Below, one piece after another: positions 8,427 through 18,820 of a stretch of DNA of 57,734 nucleotides (positions are counted from its first letter, which is position 1; every line of letters starts with the position of its first letter). The notes under the pieces were generated by a model. That model saw only the letters and a program-made list of their open reading frames with translations. It did no database searches and was not told the DNA's origin. The stretch comes from a virus (Duplodnaviria > Caudoviricetes): the IMG/VR virus record IMGVR_UViG_3300030107_006967, positions 1 through 57,734 of that record; one strand, 5' to 3'. The position numbers were made by a program, and so were the translations under genes.

Positions 8427-9269
8427 TTATTGTATTTGGTTGCTTCTTGCTACGAAATAGGCATATTGCTGTTCATAATTGGTTGGGAAAACTCCATAAG
8501 ATATTCTGGCGTCCTCTGTTTGGGGCTTTTCTTTTATTTGATTTTTAATTTTACCAAGCAATTTTGTGTCCGTTTGCAATTGTTCTTCTGGAATTGCGTA
8601 ATAATAGGACTTTTCTTTCAAGTTATCCAGATTATAAAATGGGCTTTCTTCTCCCGTTGATGGATTTAGTATTCCAAAAGTTGCTATCCTAGAAGCCTCA
8701 TTTGGTTCAGAAAAAGTTCCGATAATCTTTTTCTGATTCTTGAACACGTTTATCATATGGATGGTAGAGACCATAACTTCATTCAAAAAATCATAATACC
8801 CCATAATGGGGGCTCCATCAATAATTTTTTCCAACATACCATTGTCAACAATATACATACTTTCAAAAACACCAGATCTGGAGTATTCTTGCAAAACATT
8901 AAAGCATATCCTTTCTTGCAAAGTTCTTATCTCAGATAAAGAGCTTAAATCAGGCTTTATGTAGAGAATGTTTATTTTTGTTTTTTTGTGCAAATATTCT
9001 AAAATCCTCAATGCTGCGCCTGACACAATCGATGCGCCGCAAACGACAAAAAGCGCCTCATCTTCTATATTATTGAGTCTTTTCGACAAGTCTGGAACTT
9101 TGTTTTCATATTCCTCCGGACTGCCGAACTCTGGCAACTCAATAAATCTGGAATTGTTGCCATTGGTGGGAATTTCGCAGTCGATTGTGTAGCCATTGTA
9201 TTGTGGGTATTTTAAAAATTCGCTGACTACATTATGCCCTGCGGATCCTAGTCCTATTATTGTGTACAT
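8427..9269 (-). CDS. Divergent tubulin/FtsZ-family protein
   Basis: N-terminal IIGLGSAGHNVV (T1 loop), YTID, LFVVCGASIVSGA at the T4-loop position, YIKP, IVDN, LNE. Confidence 0.65.
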   Translation of the reverse strand: MYTIIGLGSAGHNVVSEFLKYPQYNGYTIDCEIPTNGNNSRFIELPEFGSPEEYENKVPDLSKRLNNIEDEALFVVCGASIVSGAALRILEYLHKKTKINILYIKPDLSSLSEIRTLQERICFNVLQEYSRSGVFESMYIVDNGMLEKIIDGAPIMGYYDFLNEVMVSTIHMINVFKNQKKIIGTFSEPNEASRIATFGILNPSTGEESPFYNLDNLKEKSYYYAIPEEQLQTDTKLLGKIKNQIKEKPQTEDARISYGVFPTNYEQQYAYFVARSNQIQ

Positions 9270-10447
9270 ATGCTTCTCATCTCCCCAAAGTTTTTCCCGA
9301 CGCTAACATTTGTCAAAAAAGTACCAAATGGCGTACTTGAAAACTCAGAAATAATATCGTTAATCATTCGCGTATCTCCCTTGCTAAAATCTATAACAAT
9401 ACTATCATGAATAACGAAAGCTATCCTAGATTCTGATTGTGAGAGAATTTTTTTAATTTTTGATGCGCGATCCATAATCAAATCACTACAAGTGCTTTGT
9501 ATTATATAATTCAAAGAATGGTACTCGTCGGATTGTATTTTTCTTTTATAAAAGTTTTTTACACACTTACCATCCCAGTAATTGCTTTTTACCTTTTCTC
9601 TATTATAGTGTTTGTCTAGAATTTTATCATAAGAATTAGGATTGTAAAGCCAAGAAAAAATATTCTTTTTTGCCTGATCGCGGGTAATAGAACTATTATA
9701 TAAATTCAGCACATTCCACGAATGTATATCTTGAGTTGGCTGTGGCATATCCAGCAATCCTATCAAAACCCTTAACTCCGCAGCATTATAATCTAATTCT
9801 AGAAAAAAATCATTATTCGGGTTAACAATAGATCTATATTTCTTGTCCATTGTCAAAATAGGAAATGAATATTTGTTTGTTGTTAATCGTCCGGTCTTTG
9901 TCCCGAAAGCGTTATAGCTTATGTAAGGATTTGATTTTTTGACTCTGCTGTGGAAGGCTCTTACCCTTGGATCTTCATAGTTCTTTTTAAGAAACTCCAT
10001 ATCTATATTCAATCTCTGGTGGGATATGTCTGTAGTTAAAGAAACTATACTTTTTAACAATTCATAATTTTCTGGCTTCTCATAAGTATCAAATACATGT
10101 TTTGTAATTTTGTTCTTTACATCGCAAAAGTCCCTAACAAATTGCTCTGGGAGTAGATCAAAAAAGCAATTTTGTTGCATATCTATTTTTGAAATATAAA
10201 ACGATTTATAAAAAGCCCTCATTTTGGACCAAACAAAGTCAAATTCTTCTTTGAATTGAGGAGGGCAAACTTCCTCTAGGCTTCTTCCAGAAACAAGTAT
10301 CTGCGCGTACTCCACTGGTCGGGGTTCCAAAAAGGAAGAATATGCCCAAGTTTTCGACAAATTATCGGGTATTTGATCATAAATAATGTGACCATCGATA
10401 TATATGCCCACACATTCTTTTTTTTCGTCTAACGCTTGGAATAACAT
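9257..10447 (-). CDS. Minimal family A DNA polymerase-like protein (polymerase domain only)
   Basis: TKTGRLTT, motif A LDYNAAELRVL, motif B RDQAKKNIFSWLY, NYIIQSTCSD, motif C IHDSIV. Confidence 0.8.
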   Translation of the reverse strand: MLFQALDEKKECVGIYIDGHIIYDQIPDNLSKTWAYSSFLEPRPVEYAQILVSGRSLEEVCPPQFKEEFDFVWSKMRAFYKSFYISKIDMQQNCFFDLLPEQFVRDFCDVKNKITKHVFDTYEKPENYELLKSIVSLTTDISHQRLNIDMEFLKKNYEDPRVRAFHSRVKKSNPYISYNAFGTKTGRLTTNKYSFPILTMDKKYRSIVNPNNDFFLELDYNAAELRVLIGLLDMPQPTQDIHSWNVLNLYNSSITRDQAKKNIFSWLYNPNSYDKILDKHYNREKVKSNYWDGKCVKNFYKRKIQSDEYHSLNYIIQSTCSDLIMDRASKIKKILSQSESRIAFVIHDSIVIDFSKGDTRMINDIISEFSSTPFGTFLTNVSVGKNFGEMRSICTQ

Positions 10448-10448
10448 C

Positions 10449-11636
10449 CTAAACCCATGCTATTTGTTTTTTGACCTGATTGTTAATATACTCCAAAGTC
10501 ATATCAAAGTCAAGCTTTTCGTAAATCTCTTCGACTTTTAATATTTCTCTGTCAAGCATGCTGATTGGAGCGTTTACTTTCGTTTCTTTTAATTTTATTT
10601 TATAATACATTTTCAACCAAAACAAATCTTTAAATGCATTACAAAATTTATCGTAAGTTATCTTTGGGCGAGGTGATTCTCTGTACTTAGGCATCTTGTA
10701 AGGTGGACATTTTGAATATAGATCGTTATAGGTGATTTCTTGCAAAACAGTTGGGAAAGTGGAGGTGTATGCATCGTACATTTGGTACATATATCTTTTT
10801 AGGTTTTCTATATCAACCCTATAAGTTGGTATATAAGCTGTTTTAAAAACGTTGTCAACAGTGAGACCATACATAGACATATATTTTTCCATCGCTGGGG
10901 AGTTTAAGTTAGCTACGAGTCTCCAAGGAGCATTTTGATCAACTAAAAAGCCAAATTTCGCAGCAGACAACAAATAGAAATTGTAATTTGTACTCATTAC
11001 AATTTTTCGAAACGTCTCATCAACTTTTGAATAATCTTGTTTAAGCGTCTCCACACACAGCCCAGTGCTGGTCGGGTTGTAGTACTTCGACATTATCATT
11101 CCAGTTTTTGTAATAGGAATCACTCGATCTATATTCACATAAAAATCGTTAAAAAATATTTTAATGAAGTGCTTGGCATTAAAAAGTTCTTCCTCTTTGC
11201 CTCTAGCTAACAAAGTCTCTTTAACATAGATTTCATAAAGATCTTTAATGTTTTGATCGTAAAAAGTATGCGGACTAGACCATGCTTTTTTTGCATCCCA
11301 CCCAGAATTAATAAAGTCATCTGGTCTTACTTTTCTTGCTGCTTCGATTTTTATGTATCTTCGCATATCTTTAAATGCATCAGCTACAAAATTTAAACAC
11401 AAAATTGGCTCACCGTCTGGAGTTTGTATGTTTTTTAAAAAAGCCTCATCAACATTTACTACATTATTTTCGCCATCGATTTTTCCATAATATGCATTCT
11501 TGCCAGAATGAAAATTGTGATACATACTTTTTTTAGTAAAAATCCTATTATAGGCAGCGTCCAGCCTAAAAGCATTTTTAGGTCCTGCCGAATTGTCTTT
11601 ATCAAAAGTAATCTGTTTGTTTTTCTTGTATGCCAT
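10449..11636 (-). CDS. Hypothetical protein
   Basis: 395-aa ORF tightly packed between the baseplate gene and the polymerase; no recognised motif. Confidence 0.75.
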   Translation of the reverse strand: MAYKKNKQITFDKDNSAGPKNAFRLDAAYNRIFTKKSMYHNFHSGKNAYYGKIDGENNVVNVDEAFLKNIQTPDGEPILCLNFVADAFKDMRRYIKIEAARKVRPDDFINSGWDAKKAWSSPHTFYDQNIKDLYEIYVKETLLARGKEEELFNAKHFIKIFFNDFYVNIDRVIPITKTGMIMSKYYNPTSTGLCVETLKQDYSKVDETFRKIVMSTNYNFYLLSAAKFGFLVDQNAPWRLVANLNSPAMEKYMSMYGLTVDNVFKTAYIPTYRVDIENLKRYMYQMYDAYTSTFPTVLQEITYNDLYSKCPPYKMPKYRESPRPKITYDKFCNAFKDLFWLKMYYKIKLKETKVNAPISMLDREILKVEEIYEKLDFDMTLEYINNQVKKQIAWV

Positions 11637-11641
11637 AATCT

Positions 11642-14434
11642 CTATTCTCCATTTTGAGTGGGGAAATTGTGAATGGATGCCACGTCTGTTGAGGGCGTTC
11701 TAAATTCCAACTTTGTGCCTCTGCTAACCTGATCAGGTCTCGCTGAATCTATTATCTTTGCTGAAACAACCGTTTCCCAAGAGGGATAATAGCTATGGCT
11801 AACTTTCTCTATCATATAATAGCCGCCCAGCCCCATTAAGTTAGAAACACTCCCCTTGTCATACGGGGACCCAAGACCACTTATAGTTGGGTCCAAATAA
11901 AGACTCCTTCCAACAAACAATAGATTGTTCCCAACTAAATTTAAATTCACATTAAAAATCTGCCACAACTGCTGAAAGGGGTTGTTTTTGTCCACATTTC
12001 TTGCTACAGCTACAGATTGGTTAATTGATGCTTTTTCAAAAGAAAAAGACTTTAAAAGACCCCTATCCGCACCTATGAAGAAGTGCGGGATATGAGCCCG
12101 CAAATTCCTCTCATATCTGTTTCCATCAGTAGAGCCAATATGGACAAACTGATTCAACCTCTCTTCGTATAGCTTTTCATCGTAAACCACATAGTATTCA
12201 TAATGGTCCTTGGCGCTTTTGCCATAGAATGTACCACCACCTTTTCTCTCAAGTGTCGTTATGCCGCCAACGCCTTCCACATCGCTCAAGCCTCCGGGCA
12301 CTGCCACAAGCTGTTTGACCATCTGTGGCTTATAATCCTTGGCAACTTCTTCATTTCTCTTGACCCTAAGCATTGCGCTTAGAAATGATGTGACCAGATC
12401 TTTTAAAAAATCTATTAATGCTCGCATCTTTATATCTTTCTTTATGTAGTTGTTCTGAAAGAATTCAGAATACGACTCTAGCGAAATTGGCAAATGTGCT
12501 ATATTTAAAACATCTACGGGCATGCCTGCTGAAAACTGATAGCCCACTGTATCCAAAATAATCGCGAACTGATTAGCCGTAAGCTCTTCGTAAATGGTTG
12601 GATTTATTTCTATAATGGTCTCTATCAAGTCCCCAAAAAAGAAATATGATATGGTTCTCTGATGGGCAACTGGTACAGGTGGGACGGTGATATTCTTATC
12701 AGCCTCAGATGCTGCATCTTCTTTAAATGTTCCAAGCACAGCATCAACTTGATCTTGCGATAGCATAGGACCTTTATTGTTACCATTGCCAAGATCAAAA
12801 ACATCAGCTTGAATCTCGTGGATCATTTGGTTATCAGCCATATGTTGCATAATTGCGCCATACAAGGTGACCTTATCCAACAATCTAGTTGGGTACCCAA
12901 TTATAGTATCGGAGACTTCAGATCCCTCATCGGGTTCACTTTTCTCCATCTGCTTCCTCAGTCCAAATATATCGCTACTACCCGCAGTGAACCACTCGAC
13001 GTTAGCACTAGAATAGCTCATAGACGCATCTAATTTTCCTGTGGGGTCGAAAACTACATCATAGTCCACCAATTGTAGTCGAAACATCTCCTCCTGCTCT
13101 CGCAGAGCCGCCCTTAATTCGCTGTTAACCAACACACCGTTGCCGGACGGAACTTCGTATCCAACTTTTAAAACTATCTCATACGCTGACTTATCGTAAT
13201 CTTCTGAAGAGCTTGTATTGGCGAAGGCAAAAAGATCCACATATTTAAAGCCTTCCCTGTCCGTGACCAAGGTTTCTGCATTTTGAAACACAAACTCTAT
13301 TGTGCAGCCTATCAATGTCTCTGCGGTTGCCATATCCTGATTTTCGTAAACGAAACTAACATTCTTTATCCCAACATCATCACCCCTCTGGTGTCTATTG
13401 GCAAAAACATCCTTAATAAAATTAATAGAATCCGTGGTATATGGTATAAAAATTTCCTTTTCAATATTTCCCTTCTCATCTCTGTATATTTTAAAAAGCT
13501 GGATCTTGGGCATAAGGGATGAAACTTCCAACGTAGTCATTTCTAAAATTTTACGCAATGAAGTAGTTTTTATAGACTTCAGTCGATGCGGAGGCGTATG
13601 CAATGCCTCCGGGTCGGAGGTTCTGATGTAATTCTTTGGTGCGCCACGGAAAGAATAATAAGCGCCTGCCGCCAAGCTCATTTGACCTAAAGCACTCATC
13701 AATATCTGTTGGTCTGAGAATTTATAAGAAAATTTTCCCTCTAACTTGCCACCGATGATGACGGGAGTAAAATTCCCTATACCCCCTGTGCCTCCGGGGG
13801 TATCGCCAGCGGGGGTATCGCCTTCATTTATTGATCCTCTTCCTGCGCCGCCTTCTTCGCCTTCTCTTTCTCTTTCCTCTATTTCTTCTATTATTTCTGA
13901 TAATGGCTTTTCCTCATCTATTGGCAGGTCTGTCCCGAATGGATCGCCGGGAGGCAATAGGTCAATTATGGGAGCTTCGGTTCCCCCTGCTGGTACTGGC
14001 TCTTCGAATCCCAAGTCTTCTTCGCTAAAGCCACCTTCTGTCAGCAGCCATTGTTCAAAATCAGCCTGTAGGAGTTTAGCCTCCGGCTTTCTGGATGCGA
14101 GTGACGGAAAAGATCCTTTTATGGCTTGCCTATATGCAAAACCAAGAAATTCTTTTGGGGATGCGTTGGTTGTGAATTTTAACACACATATTCCATAATC
14201 ATACCCGAGATCGAGACCATCAATATCAAGTCTCCTGTCATCAATCATAGAGTATTGGTATTGCTCACCGTCTGGGAGTGTGACGATCCAGTTCATCGTG
14301 CGCATGTCTGGATGTCCACCTTCGACAACGTACTTGTTTTGCGATAAGGTTCCGAATTCTGTTTTTATAAGCTCAATAAGCTCCTGCTCAGTTAAGCCCT
14401 GTTGTGGCAAAGTCTCTTGGTCCTGTGTTGACAT
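11642..14434 (-). CDS. Probable baseplate hub protein (gp27/gpD-like)
   Basis: C-terminal LNLVGNNLLFVG..LYLDP...GLGGYYMIEKVSHS resembles hub proteins; follows the gp53-like gene. Confidence 0.5.
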   Translation of the reverse strand: MSTQDQETLPQQGLTEQELIELIKTEFGTLSQNKYVVEGGHPDMRTMNWIVTLPDGEQYQYSMIDDRRLDIDGLDLGYDYGICVLKFTTNASPKEFLGFAYRQAIKGSFPSLASRKPEAKLLQADFEQWLLTEGGFSEEDLGFEEPVPAGGTEAPIIDLLPPGDPFGTDLPIDEEKPLSEIIEEIEEREREGEEGGAGRGSINEGDTPAGDTPGGTGGIGNFTPVIIGGKLEGKFSYKFSDQQILMSALGQMSLAAGAYYSFRGAPKNYIRTSDPEALHTPPHRLKSIKTTSLRKILEMTTLEVSSLMPKIQLFKIYRDEKGNIEKEIFIPYTTDSINFIKDVFANRHQRGDDVGIKNVSFVYENQDMATAETLIGCTIEFVFQNAETLVTDREGFKYVDLFAFANTSSSEDYDKSAYEIVLKVGYEVPSGNGVLVNSELRAALREQEEMFRLQLVDYDVVFDPTGKLDASMSYSSANVEWFTAGSSDIFGLRKQMEKSEPDEGSEVSDTIIGYPTRLLDKVTLYGAIMQHMADNQMIHEIQADVFDLGNGNNKGPMLSQDQVDAVLGTFKEDAASEADKNITVPPVPVAHQRTISYFFFGDLIETIIEINPTIYEELTANQFAIILDTVGYQFSAGMPVDVLNIAHLPISLESYSEFFQNNYIKKDIKMRALIDFLKDLVTSFLSAMLRVKRNEEVAKDYKPQMVKQLVAVPGGLSDVEGVGGITTLERKGGGTFYGKSAKDHYEYYVVYDEKLYEERLNQFVHIGSTDGNRYERNLRAHIPHFFIGADRGLLKSFSFEKASINQSVAVARNVDKNNPFQQLWQIFNVNLNLVGNNLLFVGRSLYLDPTISGLGSPYDKGSVSNLMGLGGYYMIEKVSHSYYPSWETVVSAKIIDSARPDQVSRGTKLEFRTPSTDVASIHNFPTQNGE

Positions 14435-14435
14435 T

Positions 14436-14774
14436 TTATACTCCGTAAAAACCCAAAACTCTCTCTATGGGGTGAGGTATATATATAATGCTACCAAACC
14501 TGACGTGTGCCTCTGTTGGGCGTTGATTAAAAAAAGCCACAACCCACCACAAAGAAGAGTCGCCATAGTTTTCAAATGCTAACTTATAATACATATCTCC
14601 ATAATGCCAGCGGTGTGCAACAATATCCAATTGAGACACTTGTGACTTAGTGGGATATCTTAAGTGTCTAGTGCCATATTGCTGTATTTGCTTGACGCCT
14701 CGATCCTCAAATATATATTCATACACCTGACTATTGTTTATAAATTTTTTTGTCCCTGCATATCTTGATGGCAT
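14436..14774 (-). CDS. Baseplate wedge protein (gp53/LysM-like)
   Basis: GDMYYKLAFENYGDSSLWWVVAFFN...G..IYIP. Confidence 0.75.
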   Translation of the reverse strand: MPSRYAGTKKFINNSQVYEYIFEDRGVKQIQQYGTRHLRYPTKSQVSQLDIVAHRWHYGDMYYKLAFENYGDSSLWWVVAFFNQRPTEAHVRFGSIIYIPHPIERVLGFYGV

Positions 14775-14817
14775 TTATTTATTCCTATATAGATTATATC
14801 TAATTTTTATTTACTTG

Positions 14818-15903
14818 TTAAAAAGGCTCGACAGGAAACGTCTCCCTGTACTCTTCACCAGTCTCTGGGTCAATGCTTATGATTTCACCTTCTTCGAAGT
14901 CGTCATCGCCACCGCTGCCGCCGCCGCTATTTCCACCGCCAGAGCCGTCGCCGGGGACTAGAACATCTCCGGCTCCCGGATTTGGCTTAACCGAATCCTC
15001 TTCGCCGGGATCGATCCCATTGTCTGTTCCCCCGTCTTCAGTCTCTTCGTTTCCGTCTCCCGCCTGACCGTCGCCGGAGCCGCCAGAGCTTCCGGGAACG
15101 TCGCTTCCGGGTGGGGGAGTAGGAACAGGCATTGTGCTAAAGTCCCCATCTCCGCTACCGCCGGAACCGCCGCCGGTTCCGCCATCACCTCCGCCGCCAG
15201 CACCGCCACCGCCTCCAGTATCGGGTGCGGGGGTTTCTGGCTCGTCTGATGCTACGTTCCAACCCAAATCATAATCATGTAGAACGTGCAACGTGAATCC
15301 AACATTAATTATTTTAGGATATATATATTCTGTCGGTCCTCCCGTTCCAGCAAGTACTCCCTCATACGCTCCAAAATTAAAGTCTGGATTTATATTTAGT
15401 CCGTCCAACGAACCTATAAGATAATTTGAATAGTTGCCACCCAAAGCTTTACCGATACTCGATAATAATTGTACGTGTTGTATGGCAAAAAGAGGCGGAG
15501 ATGATATCACCCTATAGTTTTTTTGATGCTTTTTATAAGTCGGGTATAGCATTTGTGGAAAATGTTTTGTGACTATTCTATAGTTTGCTCTTGCTTCCTT
15601 AAAATCTGCCGCCACCACCTGAAGTTGCACAGTTAAAAGACGCGACGTATTAGCAAATACGTGTATTGGATCCATTCTTCCATACACTGGCTCTCGGGTC
15701 CAATTTGAACGATATACCTCGTTCAGCGACGTTAAGTAAGCAAAAAAACTTATATCTTTCTGACTTGGGATGTGAAAAATATTAAATAATTGTCCTTTCG
15801 ATTGTGCTATTTTTGCCGGATCAACATAGCTGCTTCGTTTAATATCGAACGTGTCAGGAGCCATTTTCCTGTCTGCTGGTTTTAGTCTTCTTTTTACTGC
15901 CAT
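14818..15903 (-). CDS. Probable tail tube initiator/baseplate protein with Gly/Asp-rich C-terminal extension
   Basis: NW..EPVYGRMDPI..F.NTSR, LYP.Y, SPP; located between the tape measure and gp53-like genes. Confidence 0.55.
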   Translation of the reverse strand: MAVKRRLKPADRKMAPDTFDIKRSSYVDPAKIAQSKGQLFNIFHIPSQKDISFFAYLTSLNEVYRSNWTREPVYGRMDPIHVFANTSRLLTVQLQVVAADFKEARANYRIVTKHFPQMLYPTYKKHQKNYRVISSPPLFAIQHVQLLSSIGKALGGNYSNYLIGSLDGLNINPDFNFGAYEGVLAGTGGPTEYIYPKIINVGFTLHVLHDYDLGWNVASDEPETPAPDTGGGGGAGGGGDGGTGGGSGGSGDGDFSTMPVPTPPPGSDVPGSSGGSGDGQAGDGNEETEDGGTDNGIDPGEEDSVKPNPGAGDVLVPGDGSGGGNSGGGSGGDDDFEEGEIISIDPETGEEYRETFPVEPF

Positions 15904-15920
15904 TTATTTTTCCTCCAACA

Positions 15921-18452
15921 TCACATCCCCGGATAGCCTATTCTTGAACCTATAGATTCACGTCGCGTGGCATCATTCTGAGGTAACTGCTTTCTACTAG
16001 GGTCGGTGCCTTTGTTGATTTTGTCTACTGCTGTTTTTTCCACAAAAGCCTTGACAGCTAAATTATCTGCCAATCTCAAAGTAACCTCGGGCGGAAGAGT
16101 TTCCCCGGATTCCTTTGTTTCTTTGACCATTTCAATAAAATTCTCAAGAGTATTGGAATCAAACACTGAAATGTTACCAGCGTCCTCTATCTCTTGAAAT
16201 GCCGTTTCGACAGGGAAGGCAAAATTCTCACCCCCTGCTGGTATCATTATTTTGTTGGTGAGTGGATCATACGAAGACCCAAATTCGCCAGCCAAAGCTT
16301 GCTCTAAAAGCATCTCCGTCTCTTCATAATTTATGGTATCTATATATGGCTCATCTTCAGGAAAACCCGATTTTTGCATTATCTGAGATACGACCACATC
16401 TGTTAACCCCAGAGCATCTGCGATGGGCTTTGCTGCTCCAAGAGTGTTCATAAACTCCATCCCCATCTGGGTTCCGATGCCCTTAAATCCGGATCGCATC
16501 GCACTTATAGTAGCTTCGTCGGATCGCGCTGCTTTTATAGCCTCCAGCATTCCCTCTGGGGAGGTGGGTAAGCCGATTTCCAATAACAGTTCATTTATAG
16601 ATTCTCGCATAACTTTGGCTTGTTCCGAAACCGGATCTCTTGCTACCTCTACACCCAATCTCATTAACTCATCTGCCAAATCTGACACCATGGGGAAATC
16701 AAGACCTGCGCCTTCAAAGGCAGTTAGTGTCAGGTCTTGAATCCCTGTTTTAAATTGCTGTTGCAAGGTGACAGTTGATTTCGACAATTCATCAAATTCT
16801 GCGTCTCGACCTTCAAGCTGCTTGGCTTCTATTCTTTCTATTTCCTGATCTGTAAGCACTCCCCTTCGCAATATCCTAACTGTTTCCTGAACGGTTTTAT
16901 TCAGCGTTCGAGAAAGCGCGAATAGTTGGGCTCTTCCTGCTGTCGTCTCTTGCAATTCATCAACATCAACTCTTCCTTGTATTCCCCTAACTAACTCATT
17001 TACGAGCCCCGCTGGTCCTTGTTCAAACCTTGCCCTAACCAGTGCTGCCGGGTCTCTGAATATTGGTTGTCCGAATATTGCATTGATTTCTTGTATTGTT
17101 TGCCCTGCGGTGCCATACTCTGTAAACTTGTCTGCTATGTCTACAATCCCTTGGGCGTCCACCCTTGCTTTTCTTCCCAAAAGGGAGACTTTTGCTATCT
17201 CTGTACTAGCGGAGGAGCCAAATAAAGCCAATGTTGGTATTAGCGCTTGAAAATCTTTTGAAAATTCCTTTGGCAACACTCCCAGATCTCTCATCTGCAT
17301 TGTTAAACCTTTGAAGGCAGCTGTGGCGATCTCTATCGATTCTATTCCCTCATCGGTTACCATAGATTCTATAATTTTTCCAACACCTTCTTGTGCCAAC
17401 TGCTTTGATTGAGCGATTAATGTAGCAAGGTTAACTATCGAACCTTCATGTTCCAAATTTAACATAGCAAAGCTCTCAGAAGCATCATCGACTTCTGCAT
17501 GCAGCTCACTTAATGGTATTCTTGTTCTCGCGGCTTCAAGTGCCAGTCCTTTGTGCACTTCATTGGTCTTTTCAACAGTGCCTATATAGGGAATCATTTT
17601 TCGGCGCGTTTCATCTAATTCTAAAACGAATAAGCCAACTTCCTTCATGACTGTGCCAAAAAGACTAAAAAGACCTTCCATAACTGGTACTAAAAGTTGC
17701 ATAAAGGCCGAAGACAATTGCTTAAGTGCCTCCATTCCTGCTTCACCAACAAACCCTAGTGCCTCACCAAGCTTGCCCAACGCAGTAGCAAGCCCACCAC
17801 CGAATATCCCACCGCCGATGCCGCCAGCGCCACCGCCTCCGCCGGTAAAAATTCCCCTTATCCTTCCGAAAAGACGAACAAGAAGAGGTCCAAGTCCGGC
17901 AAGTGGTGCCATAAGCCCTGCTTGTTGCAATTGTTGCTCTTGAAATGCCGGGGAATCTGCCATATTTATAAGTTCGGGATTGCCAGCCGCAAAAGCACCC
18001 TCTGGTGTTTTAGGTGTGTCTATTTGTCCCTGCGATCCAGAAATGGTTTGAAAGTTCTGTTCAACCATATTAGCCATATTGGCTGCCTGCTCTGAATTCA
18101 GCTGTTTAATGTTTGTAAAAAGCTCGACTGCTTTTTGGTTTGATTGAATTAAAAGATCTAGCTCTTCGCGAGGCAAAGCAGCGTTGGTCCCCCCCTCTTT
18201 CATTTCTTCAAAGGCTCTCAAGCTTCTTTGCGATTCAGCTATTTCCGATTCAATTGTTTTCTCTCTAACTTCCTGCCTTTGGTCTAGAATCTCATGAAGC
18301 TTTATTGTCTGAGATTCTAGCCGTCCGAGCATAGAATCCCCAAGCAAACCCTCCATTTCAGCGAGTTCTTTTATTTTCTGCATATACTCGTCCATTGCCT
18401 TCATAGAGGCTTGGATTTGTTCTGGGGTTTTTATTTCATTATCATCAGCCAT
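15921..18452 (-). CDS. Probable tape measure protein
   Basis: 843 aa, helical Ala/Gly/Leu/Gln-rich with a hydrophobic Gly-rich segment; downstream of tube and chaperone genes. Confidence 0.6.
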   Translation of the reverse strand: MADDNEIKTPEQIQASMKAMDEYMQKIKELAEMEGLLGDSMLGRLESQTIKLHEILDQRQEVREKTIESEIAESQRSLRAFEEMKEGGTNAALPREELDLLIQSNQKAVELFTNIKQLNSEQAANMANMVEQNFQTISGSQGQIDTPKTPEGAFAAGNPELINMADSPAFQEQQLQQAGLMAPLAGLGPLLVRLFGRIRGIFTGGGGGAGGIGGGIFGGGLATALGKLGEALGFVGEAGMEALKQLSSAFMQLLVPVMEGLFSLFGTVMKEVGLFVLELDETRRKMIPYIGTVEKTNEVHKGLALEAARTRIPLSELHAEVDDASESFAMLNLEHEGSIVNLATLIAQSKQLAQEGVGKIIESMVTDEGIESIEIATAAFKGLTMQMRDLGVLPKEFSKDFQALIPTLALFGSSASTEIAKVSLLGRKARVDAQGIVDIADKFTEYGTAGQTIQEINAIFGQPIFRDPAALVRARFEQGPAGLVNELVRGIQGRVDVDELQETTAGRAQLFALSRTLNKTVQETVRILRRGVLTDQEIERIEAKQLEGRDAEFDELSKSTVTLQQQFKTGIQDLTLTAFEGAGLDFPMVSDLADELMRLGVEVARDPVSEQAKVMRESINELLLEIGLPTSPEGMLEAIKAARSDEATISAMRSGFKGIGTQMGMEFMNTLGAAKPIADALGLTDVVVSQIMQKSGFPEDEPYIDTINYEETEMLLEQALAGEFGSSYDPLTNKIMIPAGGENFAFPVETAFQEIEDAGNISVFDSNTLENFIEMVKETKESGETLPPEVTLRLADNLAVKAFVEKTAVDKINKGTDPSRKQLPQNDATRRESIGSRIGYPGM

Positions 18453-18458
18453 ACTTTA

Positions 18459-18785
18459 TTACCTTACGGGCCATTTTATACCTGTCATTGATTCGAAATC
18501 GGACACAGAGGCTTCAAGCTTGTGGCGTTGAGCCATTGCCCTTGGGTCATCTATCTTTGTATCTCCCAAAACTTTAATATATTCAAGCTCATTTCCTAAA
18601 GCCTTCGCGAACGAGCGCACTTTTGATGCGTCTCCTTTGACAGAAATGGGTGCGCCCTTTCCTGTAACCATAGCTTTTAAAATTTCCTTAACACTGTAAG
18701 CAAAGTTTTTTAAGTATTCTTCATTTATCTCATTTTTAAACTCTATAACAGCGTTGCACATCTTGTCTTCGTTAATGTTATTCAT
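18459..18785 (-). CDS. Hypothetical protein (tail region)
   Basis: 108 aa; GAGGG SD and ACTATTTA motif upstream. Confidence 0.7.
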   Translation of the reverse strand: MNNINEDKMCNAVIEFKNEINEEYLKNFAYSVKEILKAMVTGKGAPISVKGDASKVRSFAKALGNELEYIKVLGDTKIDDPRAMAQRHKLEASVSDFESMTGIKWPVR

Positions 18786-18802
18786 ATTTTAGTCCCTCTT
18801 CT

Positions 18803-18810
18803 TAAATAGT
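18803..18810 (-). promoter_or_regulatory. ACTATTTA putative late promoter
   Basis: Intergenic, just downstream of a terminator, 17 nt before the ATG. Confidence 0.55.
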
Positions 18811-18820
18811 TGTATAATAC

